A DNA stretch of 64,000 bases from Cenococcum geophilum (taxonomy: Eukaryota). The notes under the pieces are model-generated. The model saw only the letters and a program-made list of their open reading frames with translations, was not told the origin of the DNA and did no database searches. The translations under genes and the position numbers were made by a program. This document shows positions 49,398 to 61,900 of the stretch, piece after piece. The stretch spans positions 3,162,001 to 3,226,000 of the forward strand of contig CP158636.1 in NCBI GenBank assembly GCA_050273025.1, in the 5' to 3' direction. How positions within the stretch are numbered: position 1 is the stretch's first letter; each line of letters starts with the position of its first letter.

Positions 49398-51648
49398 TTA
49401 CCCGATAATCCACTGGCAGTGGCATGCATTTGGTGGATCGACCCTCCGTAAAAGCCCCCGTTTACTCTCAGTAACCGTTGTGGCAGCACTCCCGGATGAC
49501 GCGGCTGCACCTCCCGCTGGTGCCGAGAGGAACTCCTGTATCGTGGGGTCGGTTTCTTGCAGGTTGATAATATTTGGGCCGTCGTTGTTGTTCGCAGGAA
49601 CTATAACGCCAGCAGGCGAAATGGTCATCTTCTGGCAGTAAGGTTGAGGAGAATTTGGCAAGCGACGCTCCTCAATTTTGACCACGCGTGGGTAGTCTGG
49701 CGGCGGATCGCGAGGGTGTAGGTAGGAAGGTGTTGTATAACTTGACAGTGGATTATTTGGGGTATATGACGGCACAGTTGGGAAATGGGCCGTAGGAGGA
49801 GCAGAAGTAACAGACTCTTCTTGGGAGGATGGAGGAGGTTTGGTTTCCGGATTTGAGGTTGGGGCTGAAGAACTGGAAGTTGTGGGTGGGCAGGACGTGG
49901 GAGGCGGAGGTGGTGGTGGTGTGTTGTTGTTAGAAGAATTGTGTTGGACATAGATGTAGCCTTCGATGAGCGTCTGATTCCAGTAACAGAACCATGGAGA
50001 GTCTCCAGGTTTAACTTCGAAGCGATGACGGAAATCATCAAGATTCATTGGCGGCTTGTTGTTGGCATGTTTCTTTCGTAGCTTCGCGCTAGCGGCAAAA
50101 TTCTCGAGCACAACAAGTTTGTTATACATGCCTTGGAAGTGGAAAGCTGGACCAAGACGGAAGTAGTCTTGATCAACGACGAGACTGAGGTTCTGCATAT
50201 TGATTGACGGTGGCTGGACACCATACTGAATTCCGCTGGGAGGGGGGTTCAGGGACGCAATATATCCTCCGCCGCCAGGAGATAGACCAATGCTAAGTTG
50301 TATGGGTGGGCCATTCATGCCACTCATGTCGCAAGACCAAGCGCCGAGTTGGTCGGACACAGTGAGGCAATTCGGGCTTGATTCCTGGGGAATGCCGATG
50401 GGTAATACAAAGGTGCCTGTAGGCAAAGGAGCGAGGCTAGAGGGTGTGGGGATAGGTGAGGCACCAAACATTGATGAGGTAGTGGGTTCACTTTACTTTG
50501 TGTCAGTGAGGCCGGGGTCGTAGTAGCGAGTGTACTTACGCATCTCCTTTATGCTGCTTCATATTTTTTCTCGCGACCCAAGACCCAAGGGCAACACCAA
50601 ATAACAGTACAAGGCTCATTAAGAGGAAGGCCCATAATACTTTTTTCTTTCTTAATTCCTTCCAAGACCTGGCTTTCTGAGACTTCTCGGTTGGGATTGA
50701 TTGTCCTCCGCTGTTTATTTCCGACATTGGGAGCATCTGAACTTCACTGGCTCCTTGTCGGTCTGGATGGTTCCCTAACGCGGGTAGCGTATCCTGTGAA
50801 TTATTAACACCTGGTGCGGCTGTCTCGATTGGTGTCGAGGTAGCTTCTGCCACTAGCGATGCTTTCGTTGGGCCTTCTTCTGGGTACTTGGAGTATGGAG
50901 GGAGTTGTTCTGTATGACCATCAGGCCCAATGATGTCTTGCTCTTCACCGTCCGGTCCTATCTGTCTGTGGTACCCGGTATTGAGGCCTGGGAAACCAAC
51001 AGGGATTGCAGGTGGCGCTGGTGTTATCTCGTTCTCCTCCGGATTTTCTACCACATTCTGTGAGTACATGCTGTATGGGTGAGTTGGACGCCGGCCCGAG
51101 TGTGAGCGATGTGGCTGACGTATGGTTGAGGATGTCGTCACACTTGAAGATCGATTCACAGTGGTGTTTTGTGGATACATGCCGTATGGATGGCTTGGCC
51201 CGGCTGGAAACGGGCTCTCCGACCGTGCCATTGTTGCGAAAGACGCGGTGGAGCTGATTGAGGTACGGTGTAATAGAGGCGTGGCATGTGAGTTGGTTGC
51301 TCGCGCATGGGTGCTGATGTTGCGACCGGGTACCGGAGCGTTGGGACCATCGTGAAGGGTTGAGAATGAGTCTCGCGCAGGGCCTTTAGCGGTGCTGTTT
51401 CGCGATGCCATCCTTCGCAGGTTCGCGTCTGATGCAGGTGTCGTAGAAAAAGAGCGTCGTGATGTTGTGTGATTCGATCCCTGATCGTCTCGTTGATTAC
51501 TCGACTGGTCGAATGCGGGTCTAAATCCGTCCACTACGCCAAGTTCGAAATCCAGGTCGGAGGGATCCACGGCATATTCGTCGTCGAAGACATTGGGGTT
51601 GGTGGATTGGCGTGGACTTCGCTCATTGTCGTTCTCGCGTCGCTCCAT
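49398..51648 (-). CDS. Fungal single-pass membrane protein (cytosolic PxHPY/LPPY motifs; Cys-containing luminal domain)
   Basis: ORFs 50536-51648 and 49398-50471 joined by a short intron near 50480-50540. TM segment VLWAFLLMSLVLLFGVALG; C-terminal CHCQW. Confidence 0.8.
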
Positions 51649-54428
51649 TGCGATAGTCAGCCCTTAGCGGGCTCGTTGCCCCTTTAACAGCAACCCAACG
51701 TGTCTCGCGATGATAATCCAATTATGAGAGCCAGTGACGGTGATGCAAGTATTCGTAGAGAGGCGACGAGGTGATGGATGAGCGGTGGCAGTGGTGAGAA
51801 AGGTGTTGTTGGTGGGAGTGAAGTTGGCTGTTCAGGAGTTGAAGGTTCGGCAGTTTCCAAAGCGGGCGCTTGGCCAAGGTTGCATAGTTGGAGACCAGAA
51901 CCGTTTCAGCCTCGTGTTCTTCGCAACAATCTCGCTATTTGTTATTGCTATCTGCCGCGGCTATACCAATTAACGATAAAAGCAGTCTTGCAGGCTGCTT
52001 TGCTACTGCTCTCGAGCTGGCAGGCTTGTTGACTCTCACTACCGCTCTCCCGTTCCTGCGATTAGGGATAACCTTGATTTAGCCCTGGGGGATCCTTGCG
52101 CTGCTGTCTCCGGCCGTTAATTATTCCAAGGTCTTGTGGTTGGCCAGCAGGTGTTAGTGGTTGCCCAATAAAATTTGCCGATCGGCCAGACCGTCTTTAT
52201 TATTTTTCTCAAAAGGCGACCGCCAACCCAATCGCCAGCCCTCTTTCTGCGACTGACGGTGACACGCTTTGGCACGGAATGAACCCGCATTAGCAGAGAA
52301 GGGTAGATGAAACACGACGCTTGAAACGACCGACCTTCTTCCACCCACCGAATCTTCTGCACCAGAATCACACCAACGTACGCTGGCCTTCGCTCTTGAC
52401 TGGGCTTCTGACCTCGGGTGGCTCCCCGGCCCGCATTCCCTGTTTAGCGTCCTAACAGTTTTCTAATGCCATGGAAGATTCCATCTATTTTCTGCGAGGT
52501 GATATAACAACCTTAGATCAGTTGCGAGAGTTGTTACCTAGTCACGGATGTGGTGCGCGAGTACAGAGCTGCGACAATTTGTCCCGAGTCCTCGTTTGTC
52601 CACATTCCGATGAGACATGCACGGATTAAGCCAACCCCAGCGACTGGCATAAATGTCTATATAGCTTCTATAGCCATCTAATCAATCTTGAAACCCTTCT
52701 GATCTAATCGTGCTTGCGGGATCGCTTCCAGCGGCGGAGAAGAAATATTTCGTGCCGCTTGGTGTAAAGCTTCTCAAGAGCAAAAAATTCCACCAACCGC
52801 CTAATCAAGGAGCCTACAGGTACAGTAGAGCAGGACAGGCAAGAAAACCAGTAAAGGATACATTTTCGTGGGAGCAGTAAGAGTGTTTGGTGTGAGACTC
52901 CACTGGGCAGGGATGCTCGAGGTAACGTGACCTTGAAGTACTTTCCACCCTCCTTCGTTACCCGGGAAATGAGTTTCTCTTCGAATCCTGCAAATGTAAG
53001 AGAATATCGAGCAATACTTTAAGGGATGCTCAATGACAATAATACAAAGCTGGACACGCGCAGCTTTCCTTGAGCTGTTTTAAGAGGGCTGAGTCGACTT
53101 TGAAAATGACGCCTGACTTTTGCATCGCTGCTTGGCTTTAGAGGGAATCCTCAGGCTCTATTTCTAAATGGGTGGATATTCAAAGGAGCAGCTTTGTGTC
53201 ATTTTCGCCCATCCATAATTCGCCTTTAATCATGGTTTATCGGCCGAGCTTATAAAGGCTGATCTCGCAGCCTTCATGATCCTGCGATCTCAGGTCGCAT
53301 AAAAACTCCTGTTCAATAGGCACAGTCTACCGGGTATGCTCGAGGACTAGAGTAAGTAGATGTTCGATGCAGTCAGCAGCGAGATAGGATGGTGAAGGCC
53401 TGATCAAGATATTTACCTCCGTAAAGCTATCACGGTCTCTTATCGGTCGCGCGACCATGATAAGTCGACGAGACTGTTGGAAGTACTTTGAAACATGAGA
53501 ACAAACAACGAGGGGTGGAGAAGCTACACTGCGACATGAGAAAGGCGAAGATGGTGAGGATGGCAAGGAGGTCCCTCGAAATAACTTAAACAGTCTCCGA
53601 GGGAAAAGCCCGTTCGCTCATCGGACTTGAGGGTGGTATGGATAGCCCACTATGGTCAAAGGGATCTGTAAGCTAGCTAAGCACCATTTTAGCCATGTGT
53701 AGCTGCACAACGGAAGGTAGTCCGTCAGGCACCCTACAATACAACAGTAGCTTTTGGCAGATGACGATATAGTCCGATTGGCAGAGGCTTCGACATTCTC
53801 GGGCACGTCAGGCTACTTTTTGTTGAATTTCGCAACAGAAGAGCAATCAATAGGCTTGGTCGGGCGACGCCAGGTAATGGCGGGCAATGGCAGGCAACGA
53901 CAGGCGATGCTTTGAGGCTGGCAGCGCCCTGATTGGTGATGCATACGGGGTGAAATTTGCTCTTCAACGGGGATTCCAGCCAGTGTCCCTGACGCTTATC
54001 TGTTTGCGGGGGTGGTGGCTTAAGCTTGGATGCTTCCCTGCAGCTTGACGCGCCGCCCACGATGGCGGTATTCGGCGCCCGAGCGCACTTCCTGAAGCCA
54101 ATTTCGATTTGTTGAGCACTCCGGTCTGCTGTACTTCAACCCACAACCGCACAATCCTCTCTCCGGCTGACACTATATTCTGATCCTGCGGACTCCGCTA
54201 CGACATATAGAACCTCAGACTACTTCTAATCCCATCTGCCGCACAAAGCCTAAAACCTCCCGCCAATTGCCACGGATCGCCGCTACTAGACCGCAACTTG
54301 CCTCCATTGTCCATCACACCATTGTTCTCCCTGCTTAACCTGCAGTGAACCTCTCTCGCAACATATCCTTTTAACCTCTAACTCCTCCACTCCCAGCTTT
54401 CTTTCTCCCACCCATCACTACTCTAACC

Positions 54429-56087
54429 ATGGCCCCGCGACCTTCAAATATTGGTATCAAGGCCATTGAGCTGTATTTTCCCAGCCAGGTGCGTTTTCCC
54501 TTCCCCAGTCCGGACACCACATGAGCTGCGCCTCCTTCCATGACGACCATGCTAACACAAATTGCTGCAGTGTGTCGACCAGAGCGAGCTCGAGAAGTTC
54601 GATGGCGTCAGCCAGGGGAAGTACACAATTGGTCTTGGCCAGACCAAGATGAGCTTCTGCGATGACAGGGAAGGTGAGCTCTTCAGGGCGCCAGCACCAA
54701 CGATAACTTTAGCGTCTGCAATTTTCGCGACATAGGTAGCTAATATACTTCTAAAAATGCAGACATCTACTCTTTGGCTCTCACAACCGTCTCTTCCCTT
54801 CTCCGCAAACACAACATTGACCCTAAGTCCATCGGTCGCCTCGAAGTTGGTACCGAGACTCTCCTCGACAAGTCAAAGTCTGTTAAGTCGGTTTTAATGC
54901 AACTTTTCGAACCGTCCGGTAACACAAATATTGAGGGCGTTGACACTGTCAATGCCTGCTATGGTGGCACTAGTGCTCTCTTCAACGCTGTGAACTGGGT
55001 GGAGTCTTCGGCTTGGGACGGCCGGAATGCAATTGTCGTAGCTGGCGACATCGCTTTGTATAAGAAGGGCAACGCCCGCCCGACTGGCGGTGCCGGCTGC
55101 GTTGCCATGCTTGTTGGCCCAGACGCTCCCATTGTCATGGATCCAGGTCTCCGTGGCAGCTATATTGTCCATGCCTACGACTTCTATAAGCCAGATCTGA
55201 CCAGCGAGTATCCTATCGTCGATGGCCATTTCTCCATCCGATGCTATACTGAAGCTGTGGATGCTTGCTACAAGGCATATAACAACCGCGAAGCCACACT
55301 CAAGGGTCAAGCCAACGGCCACGTGAATGGTTATGCCAACGGCCACGCAAACGGTGCTACCAACGGCCACACCAATGGCGATCACACTGCACCTGAAACA
55401 CCTCTCGACCGCTTCGACCACATGTGCTTCCACGCCCCGACTTGCAAGCTTGTCTCTAAGTCGTACGCTCGCCTCCTCTACAACGATTTCCTCGCTGATC
55501 CCTCAAACCCGCTCTTTGCCGAAGTGCCACCAGAGCTCCGTGACCTTGACTATGCCGCTTCCGTCACTGACAAGGCCGTTGAGAAGGTCTTCATGGGTCT
55601 CGCCAAGAAGCGTTTCGCCACCCGAGTGCAACCCAGTATCCAAGTCCCAACTATGTGTGGTAACATGTACTGCGGCAGTGTCTACGGCAGCTTGTGCAGT
55701 TTACTTGCCAACGTCACCAGCGAATCCCTCCAGGGTAAGCGCATTGGCATGTTCAGCTACGGCAGCGGTCTCGCCAGCTCCATGTTCTCTTTTAAGGTGA
55801 AGGGCTCTATAGAAGAGATTCAGAAGCAGCTCGATATCCACGCGCGATTGGAGTCTAGACGGACCGTCGCGCCGGAGGTATATGACGAGGTAAGTTTTCT
55901 CTCCCAAAACATTATTCTCTTTGCGATGATGTGACTGAACAATTCCCAGATGTGCAACCTCCGCGAGAAGGCCCATCTCAAGAAAGATTACATCCCGACT
56001 GGCAACGCCGACACTCTGTTCCCCGGCACCTATTACTTGACGAGCATCGACAGCATGTTCAGGCGCACATACGAGATCAAGCAGTAG
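54429..56087 (+). CDS. ERG13: Hydroxymethylglutaryl-CoA synthase
   Basis: [21 protein letters not shown], catalytic [23 protein letters not shown] and FSYGSG. Three introns. Confidence 0.97.
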
Positions 56088-56999
56088 AGGAGTCATGACT
56101 TTTATTTAAAGCAATGGATATGACCAGCATTTCCTTTTCTTATTCCTTCTCTTCAGGCATTTGCAGGAGCCAAAGAAGAGCTTATCCACACCCTCTCAGA
56201 TCCCTTGCATTCCATTGCCGCATACACTTATTCTCGCTTTGCTAGACGCGCATAGCTAACTTGGGAACTTGTTTGCTGTTTTTAAGAAACCCCCGCGCTG
56301 GAACTTTCATGCTGTTGCTCTTTATCTTTTTATGAAGGGTTGGCTGGATATCTTGGTGTATGAAGTACGTATGAAGGCGAGCGAGCAGGTGAGCAGTGAT
56401 GATTGTAATGTGTTGTGGCTATGGTCCTGGTTGTGGGGGTCGGGCCGGATTTATCGATATCATGGGCTGGAGCCGCTTTTTAGCTCCCCACACAAGTTGG
56501 GAAGAGGAGGCGCTCATGAGTCGAGACCCTCTTTTCAGTGCTGCTTTTTTGCATGCTTGCATTGGTGGTTAGATCTGAGTTATAGACCATGTTCTACATC
56601 ATTTTATTAATTCGTTTTACGCTACGCTTGCTATGTGCACAATGTTTTCTCCCTGATGCATTGCCGCCTTAACTTCACACAATTCCAAGTGAGTACAGGC
56701 CCCGAGGTAAAGGCACTGCTAACAGCTTGAAGGCGAATAATTTAACATGCCGGTGACGACATAAATCCTATCTCCAACCTTTCGCTGAATATAAGAAATT
56801 ACTCTGGCTAGTTTTGACTCGGCTTACCTATACTAAAGCCTCCCTAAAGAGATGCCAATCATCTCTTACAATGCCATATGCGGCCCTAAATATCCCCATA
56901 CGACGTCTTTCAAGGTCTCTAAATTATTTGGGGAGATCTTTGGCTTATCACTTGTTGAAAATGTTTACTATGACGACAACATGTTCATCTATTTACCGC

Positions 57000-58830
57000 C
57001 CTTAATTAGTCTATTTAACGATTAAAACTAGTAAAACTCTATACCGCTACCTAATATAAGTATATAAAGCGTGATGAATTATAAAGTCTTAACTAATATT
57101 AAATTATTTTAGACCTTTAGCTGAAGGGGCGATACTAGCCTAATTATAGTAGGAATGTCTTAGTAAAACACTCGATAGATAAAACCCGACGCTTTAACCG
57201 AATTCTGCTAAATTCTACTAGCTTAATTAACTTTTGTCAAGTTCTACTAGATTAATTGAATTCTACCAAAGTCAGTCAAAGACTGCGTGCGTACGTACGT
57301 ACGTATCGACCGCTAAGACTCCTAACTATTTAATTATAAGATTCTCGCGTTATTCCTTTCTCTTCTTTACGCAACATCTTATCCTTTACAAGAGCTATAC
57401 TCCTAGATTTAGATAGAATTTATATTATTCCTTTAAATCTACCCCGAAGCCTCTTCGCGCCCTTATAAAGACTAACCAAGCAGCCTCAATAAAAACCTTA
57501 ACCTATAGCCAAAACCTAGTGGGAAAAAAGGTCTTATTTAGGAAAGAGAAGATCGTCTGCCGGTAGAATTAATCGCGTACGGTTTATATAAGCTGTAGCT
57601 CTTAAGGTAAGCCGTAGCTTAAGAGATTACGTAGGATCTAAGAGCCATAGCTCTTGAACTAGCTGAAGCTTTAGATCTAAGCCGTAGCTCTTGGCGAGCC
57701 GTAGCTCTATAAGAGATAACTGTATACGATTAAGTCTTAGCAGCTCTTTGGCTGCTAGCTGGATAGCCTCCGAATTGGAGCCGGCTTAATTATATAGGAC
57801 TAAGGTAAGCCGTAGCTCTTGAGATAAGCCGTAGCTTTAGAAGCTAGCCGTTAGTTCGTTAGATAGCTATTAAATATCAATCGGATAGCCTCTAGGGTAG
57901 CTGCATCTTTTTAAGAGCGTTTAACCTTCTACGACTGTTGGTGGGACCTGCTTTAAGCGCAGCGATCCGCGGTTAGCCTAGAGTATTGCTAGCTTGATCG
58001 CGTACGATCCCCCTTCTGCTAGAAAGCCTTCGGATAGCAATCGAATCACCTTCGGGTCGCCATCGGGGCAGAGCTGCACCGCTGCACTGCCGATTGTATG
58101 CAGATTGCCAATCGCCTCGGGAGGTGATCGCGTACGATCCGGATAGCCCCCGGCCCTTAGCCGGGTAGCCACTATCTCCCTTCTTCTCCTGATCCGTATT
58201 CCAATAAACCGTTATGCGGACGCGATCTGCTAGGCTTCTGCTGGTATACCTACTTTATCGCAGTAAACACGATCGGCCTAGGTAAAAAATAGAGGATCGT
58301 AAAATTGCTTGAGGGTGGAGCCCTCGGCTTACTGCCGGCTACCACCCGGAAGGGTATAGGATCGGTTCGAATATAAGGCATAATGCTCAGGTGTACGGTA
58401 GGGAGCAGGTAAGCCGAGCATAAGTCACAGGAGAGTCGATGGAAGAGAAGGTGATATGGTAAAGAGTATGGCAATAGCCTCGTACAGAGACGAACTGATG
58501 AGGAAAGCAAGAGGGCTGCAAGCCCGAGGTGCTTATAAGGAGGTGCTAAGCCTAGCCTTCGGCTAGGCCTTCGGCTAGGCCTTGGCTACCCCTAAGCAGC
58601 CCTCGGGTGATACACCTAAGTAAGGGATAAAATAACCCTTATAAGAAAAAACTATTAAAAAAGACTTATTAGACTTTTACTAGTAGAAAGATGGGTATGC
58701 GTAAGTTTTGAAGTGCGGCGCTACCTTTTAGTAAGGTCGTATATACGGTGAAAGTTTTTAAATGTATATATGCACTGGGCATAGACCACTATAACAGACT
58801 ATTTTATAAATGCTTATCATCTAATCCTCG
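57000..58830 (-). mobile_element. RIP-degenerated repetitive element of unknown class, with decayed Cys-rich ORF and tandem repeats
   Basis: TpA-rich flanks. About 7 copies of a[a/g]gcc[g/a]tagctctt at 57590-57850 and a ggccttcggcta tandem at 58550-58590. No transposase motif recognised. Confidence 0.45.
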
Positions 58831-58961
58831 GAATTCCCCACAACACCACCCTAACCTCTTAACACTCAAAATGAGAAAATCTTACCCCGGCTTCCACTTT
58901 CACAATTTTACACATCGACCACTCTGCCACCTTTCCCCCACAACCCTGCTCTCCTAGCACA

Positions 58962-61900
58962 TCAGAAAAAAGCACACCACCCAATATACATCGCCGCCAA
59001 ATTCTGCGGATCCCTCGCCATCGCTATCAACGCCTCCACATACCCCTCCACACTAAGCGGTACGCTCTCCCCCTTCAACAACCCCCCCACCTTCCCTCTC
59101 ACCGCCTCCAGCACCTCCTTCGGCGTCTCCGGCACGCCCTCAATCCGCGTCTTGCGCTTCTTGCCTAGGAAGTCCGCCGTTGGATCGTACAGGAACGTTT
59201 CAAGGATAGTCATGAGGGTGTCTTCGTGCGCGCGGAGCTGCTGGTAGGTCAGCTCGGCGGCGGCGCGGAAGGCGCCTTCGATGCCAGTGGGACCCATGGC
59301 GTCAACCATGTTGTGGGTTAGGCGGAAAGGGACAAGTTCGGGTTTCTCGAACGTCAGGCCTTTGTCGAAGAGGCAGTTGAAGTCGACGTGGAAGATGCCG
59401 CCGTTGCCTTCTTCTAGGAGCACGTTTTCGCCGTGCCGGTCGCCAAGGCTAAGAAAATGGTTGGTTATTGGGTTTTGGAGAGAAGGGTGAAAGGGTAGGT
59501 AAGATGGAAAGGGTGGAAATGGGGATTAGATTGAAGGGAATCCGAGTTCGCTTACCCGAGAACGTGTCCAACGATGGACATGACGGCGCAAGAACGTGTA
59601 TAGCGGAGTCGGGCGGCAAACCAGGCCTCTGGTTCAGGAAAACTCTCGATAAACCATTCGTACAGAACAGGGGAGAATCTTGAAAAACGTTAGTGACAGG
59701 GTACTGCAAGAATGGTGGTAGGATTGCTCTACTTCTTGAGGATTGTCTCAGTAAAGATGGTTACCTTGCTTGGGTCAGAGCAGGCTTCAGTGAGTAGGAT
59801 GCGTAGCTCTGTGTACTGTGATTGGATCACGTTAGCCAACAGTGCCAGAACTATTCAATAGGCGAGGAGTTAGACTCACATCAATGTTTACGTTCTTCTG
59901 TCGGTACAATCTGATAATGATGTCTCGCATGGGTTTCAAGCCTTCTACCCACTCAATCGTACCACACTCCTCATTTAGAGGTGTGACTCCATATGTCTTG
60001 ATATCTATAGAGCACGTATTAGCATTGTAATATGAATCTCAAGCATTTTAAACTGAGGAACTACTCACACAGTTGTCGCTTGCTTGATTCAATATCCCTT
60101 TGCAGAGCCCGATTGATCATAGCATTGAACTCCATAAGGCGTTGATCTTTTCGTAGATCATCCTTCGGTTTGCAAAGCAATCCATATTTGCGCCCGTCGG
60201 ATCCCCTCACGGTTAATTTGCGTGGTTTTTGCAAGGAGCTCAATACAAGGACATCGTCGTCAAACGCTACCTCGTTTTAGCACACACTAGGAATTGACTA
60301 GTGAACTTACAAGATATTGTGACAGCATCATGCGGGAAAGGGTTATGGCTTCTAATTGCGCGCGAGTCATGGCCTGCTGGTAGAGTGGCAATCATTGTTG
60401 CCTCAATTGGAACAACAAGAGCGCATGGCGCGAGCTTGGGGCTAAAACCGAGGTCCTTGAAGAGACTGACATGTGCTGGCCTAGCATCAACGGGAACTTC
60501 ACACGCTGCGAGGAGCCCATCTGAAAGTCGCTGCCCATGAGTGATTAGAGCTCTAAGGTCAGGATATGTAGCATCCCCTTTGTTGCGTTTGGTGAGGTCC
60601 TAGGCTAAGTTAGTGAAACCAATCCTTCTATCAATTTACGATACTCACTTTCAACTTTAGCAACAATTGTGTCCCTCGGCTCGCTCGGTCGTGGGCTGTG
60701 GACTTTGGCACTGCCAAAAGGCTCCACAGAGCCTGTTGGGGGTATTTAGATGCTACTTTGATTATGATAGCGGACAAGACGTCGTAAACGCTCTTGTTAG
60801 GGTGGCTAATTCGAGTAATGATCTGCGGAAAGGCAGTGTACCAAGTATAAGCAGGTAACCGCTCCGTCATGTACTTCCGTAGATGTCTGTGGATTGCCTC
60901 GAGATACTTAGATCTCTGTGCGGCTAAGTTTGGCTCAACATTCGGTCGCTGATTAGCGGTATGGACTTCCATGCCAAGATCCAACCAAAGCGTCAAAACT
61001 TTCGGAACCGTTTGGTAGTAATACTTAGATCCGTAGACCATTGACCGAGTGTAATTCTCAATTACTAGCTTCGCAGTTTCGCCGCAAAGAAAGGACATGC
61101 TTTGTTTATTTCGCGGCAAGGACTTCTCTGATTCCAGAACCTTATTGTAGTGACGGCCAAGGTAGTAATGGCCTTTGTCCCATCTCGCAAACGCAGTAAC
61201 TCCAGTGCTATACTTGTCTTTGAGAAGGTGTGACTTTGTTTGGCCGGCTCTGTCCAACCATTTAGCAAGAAGGAGGTGAGCCCTTGCTGTGAGCTTGTTG
61301 TGTGACTGCTGTTGGTCCACCGTTACGTTCATCGAGTTCTCCAATGGTCCAATATCGAACGATTCAAAAGCATTACTAGTGATTGCACCTTCGAGGTTCT
61401 GGATAGCCTTTCTGTGGTGGCCATCCTTCCATAAGAGTCGAGAATGCTCAATCTTCGCTGCATCGTCCCCGAGTTGCGCGGCATGGAGAACTGAGTTGAA
61501 AGCTGTAGTAGTGAAATTTGCTTTCCGAGCCAGTCTTGCGCTCGTAAGCCATGCGGAAGCGACATCAAGCTTCGTAAAACCGAGACTGTGCTGTATCAGA
61601 AGCTGTACAAAGAAGGGGAGATTGAAGTTATACAGACCTGGAGAGCTGCATAGTAGCACGCCGGATACCTAGAAGGTACTGCTTGTCTGATGTATAAGCT
61701 CCTAGCACATCTAGTCGTCGATCTAGATTTCCCAGGATTGCATCTCGGTCTGCCGTCGCATTATCTGATATGCCACTGATAGCCTCAATTTCGTACAAAA
61801 CATGCAACTTGAGGAGCTGATCGTGGCATGCCTGTAGAGATGAGGTTACAGTGGGTGAAAGGCCTCGAGCCACGCCTTCGCGAAGAGCAGCTATTGTTTT

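Noticed and set aside
51650..54428. Short ORFs and sterol-regulatory sites in the long divergent intergenic region
   Set aside because: No coding signal, and no motif I can support beyond chance matches.
54894..56096. Antisense ORFs over ERG13 (and similar shadow ORFs over other genes)
   Set aside because: Expected by-product of codon bias in GC-rich coding regions.
57590..57850. Interspaced short repeats as a CRISPR-like array
   Set aside because: Eukaryotic context, degenerate ~15-bp units, irregular spacing and no cas genes.
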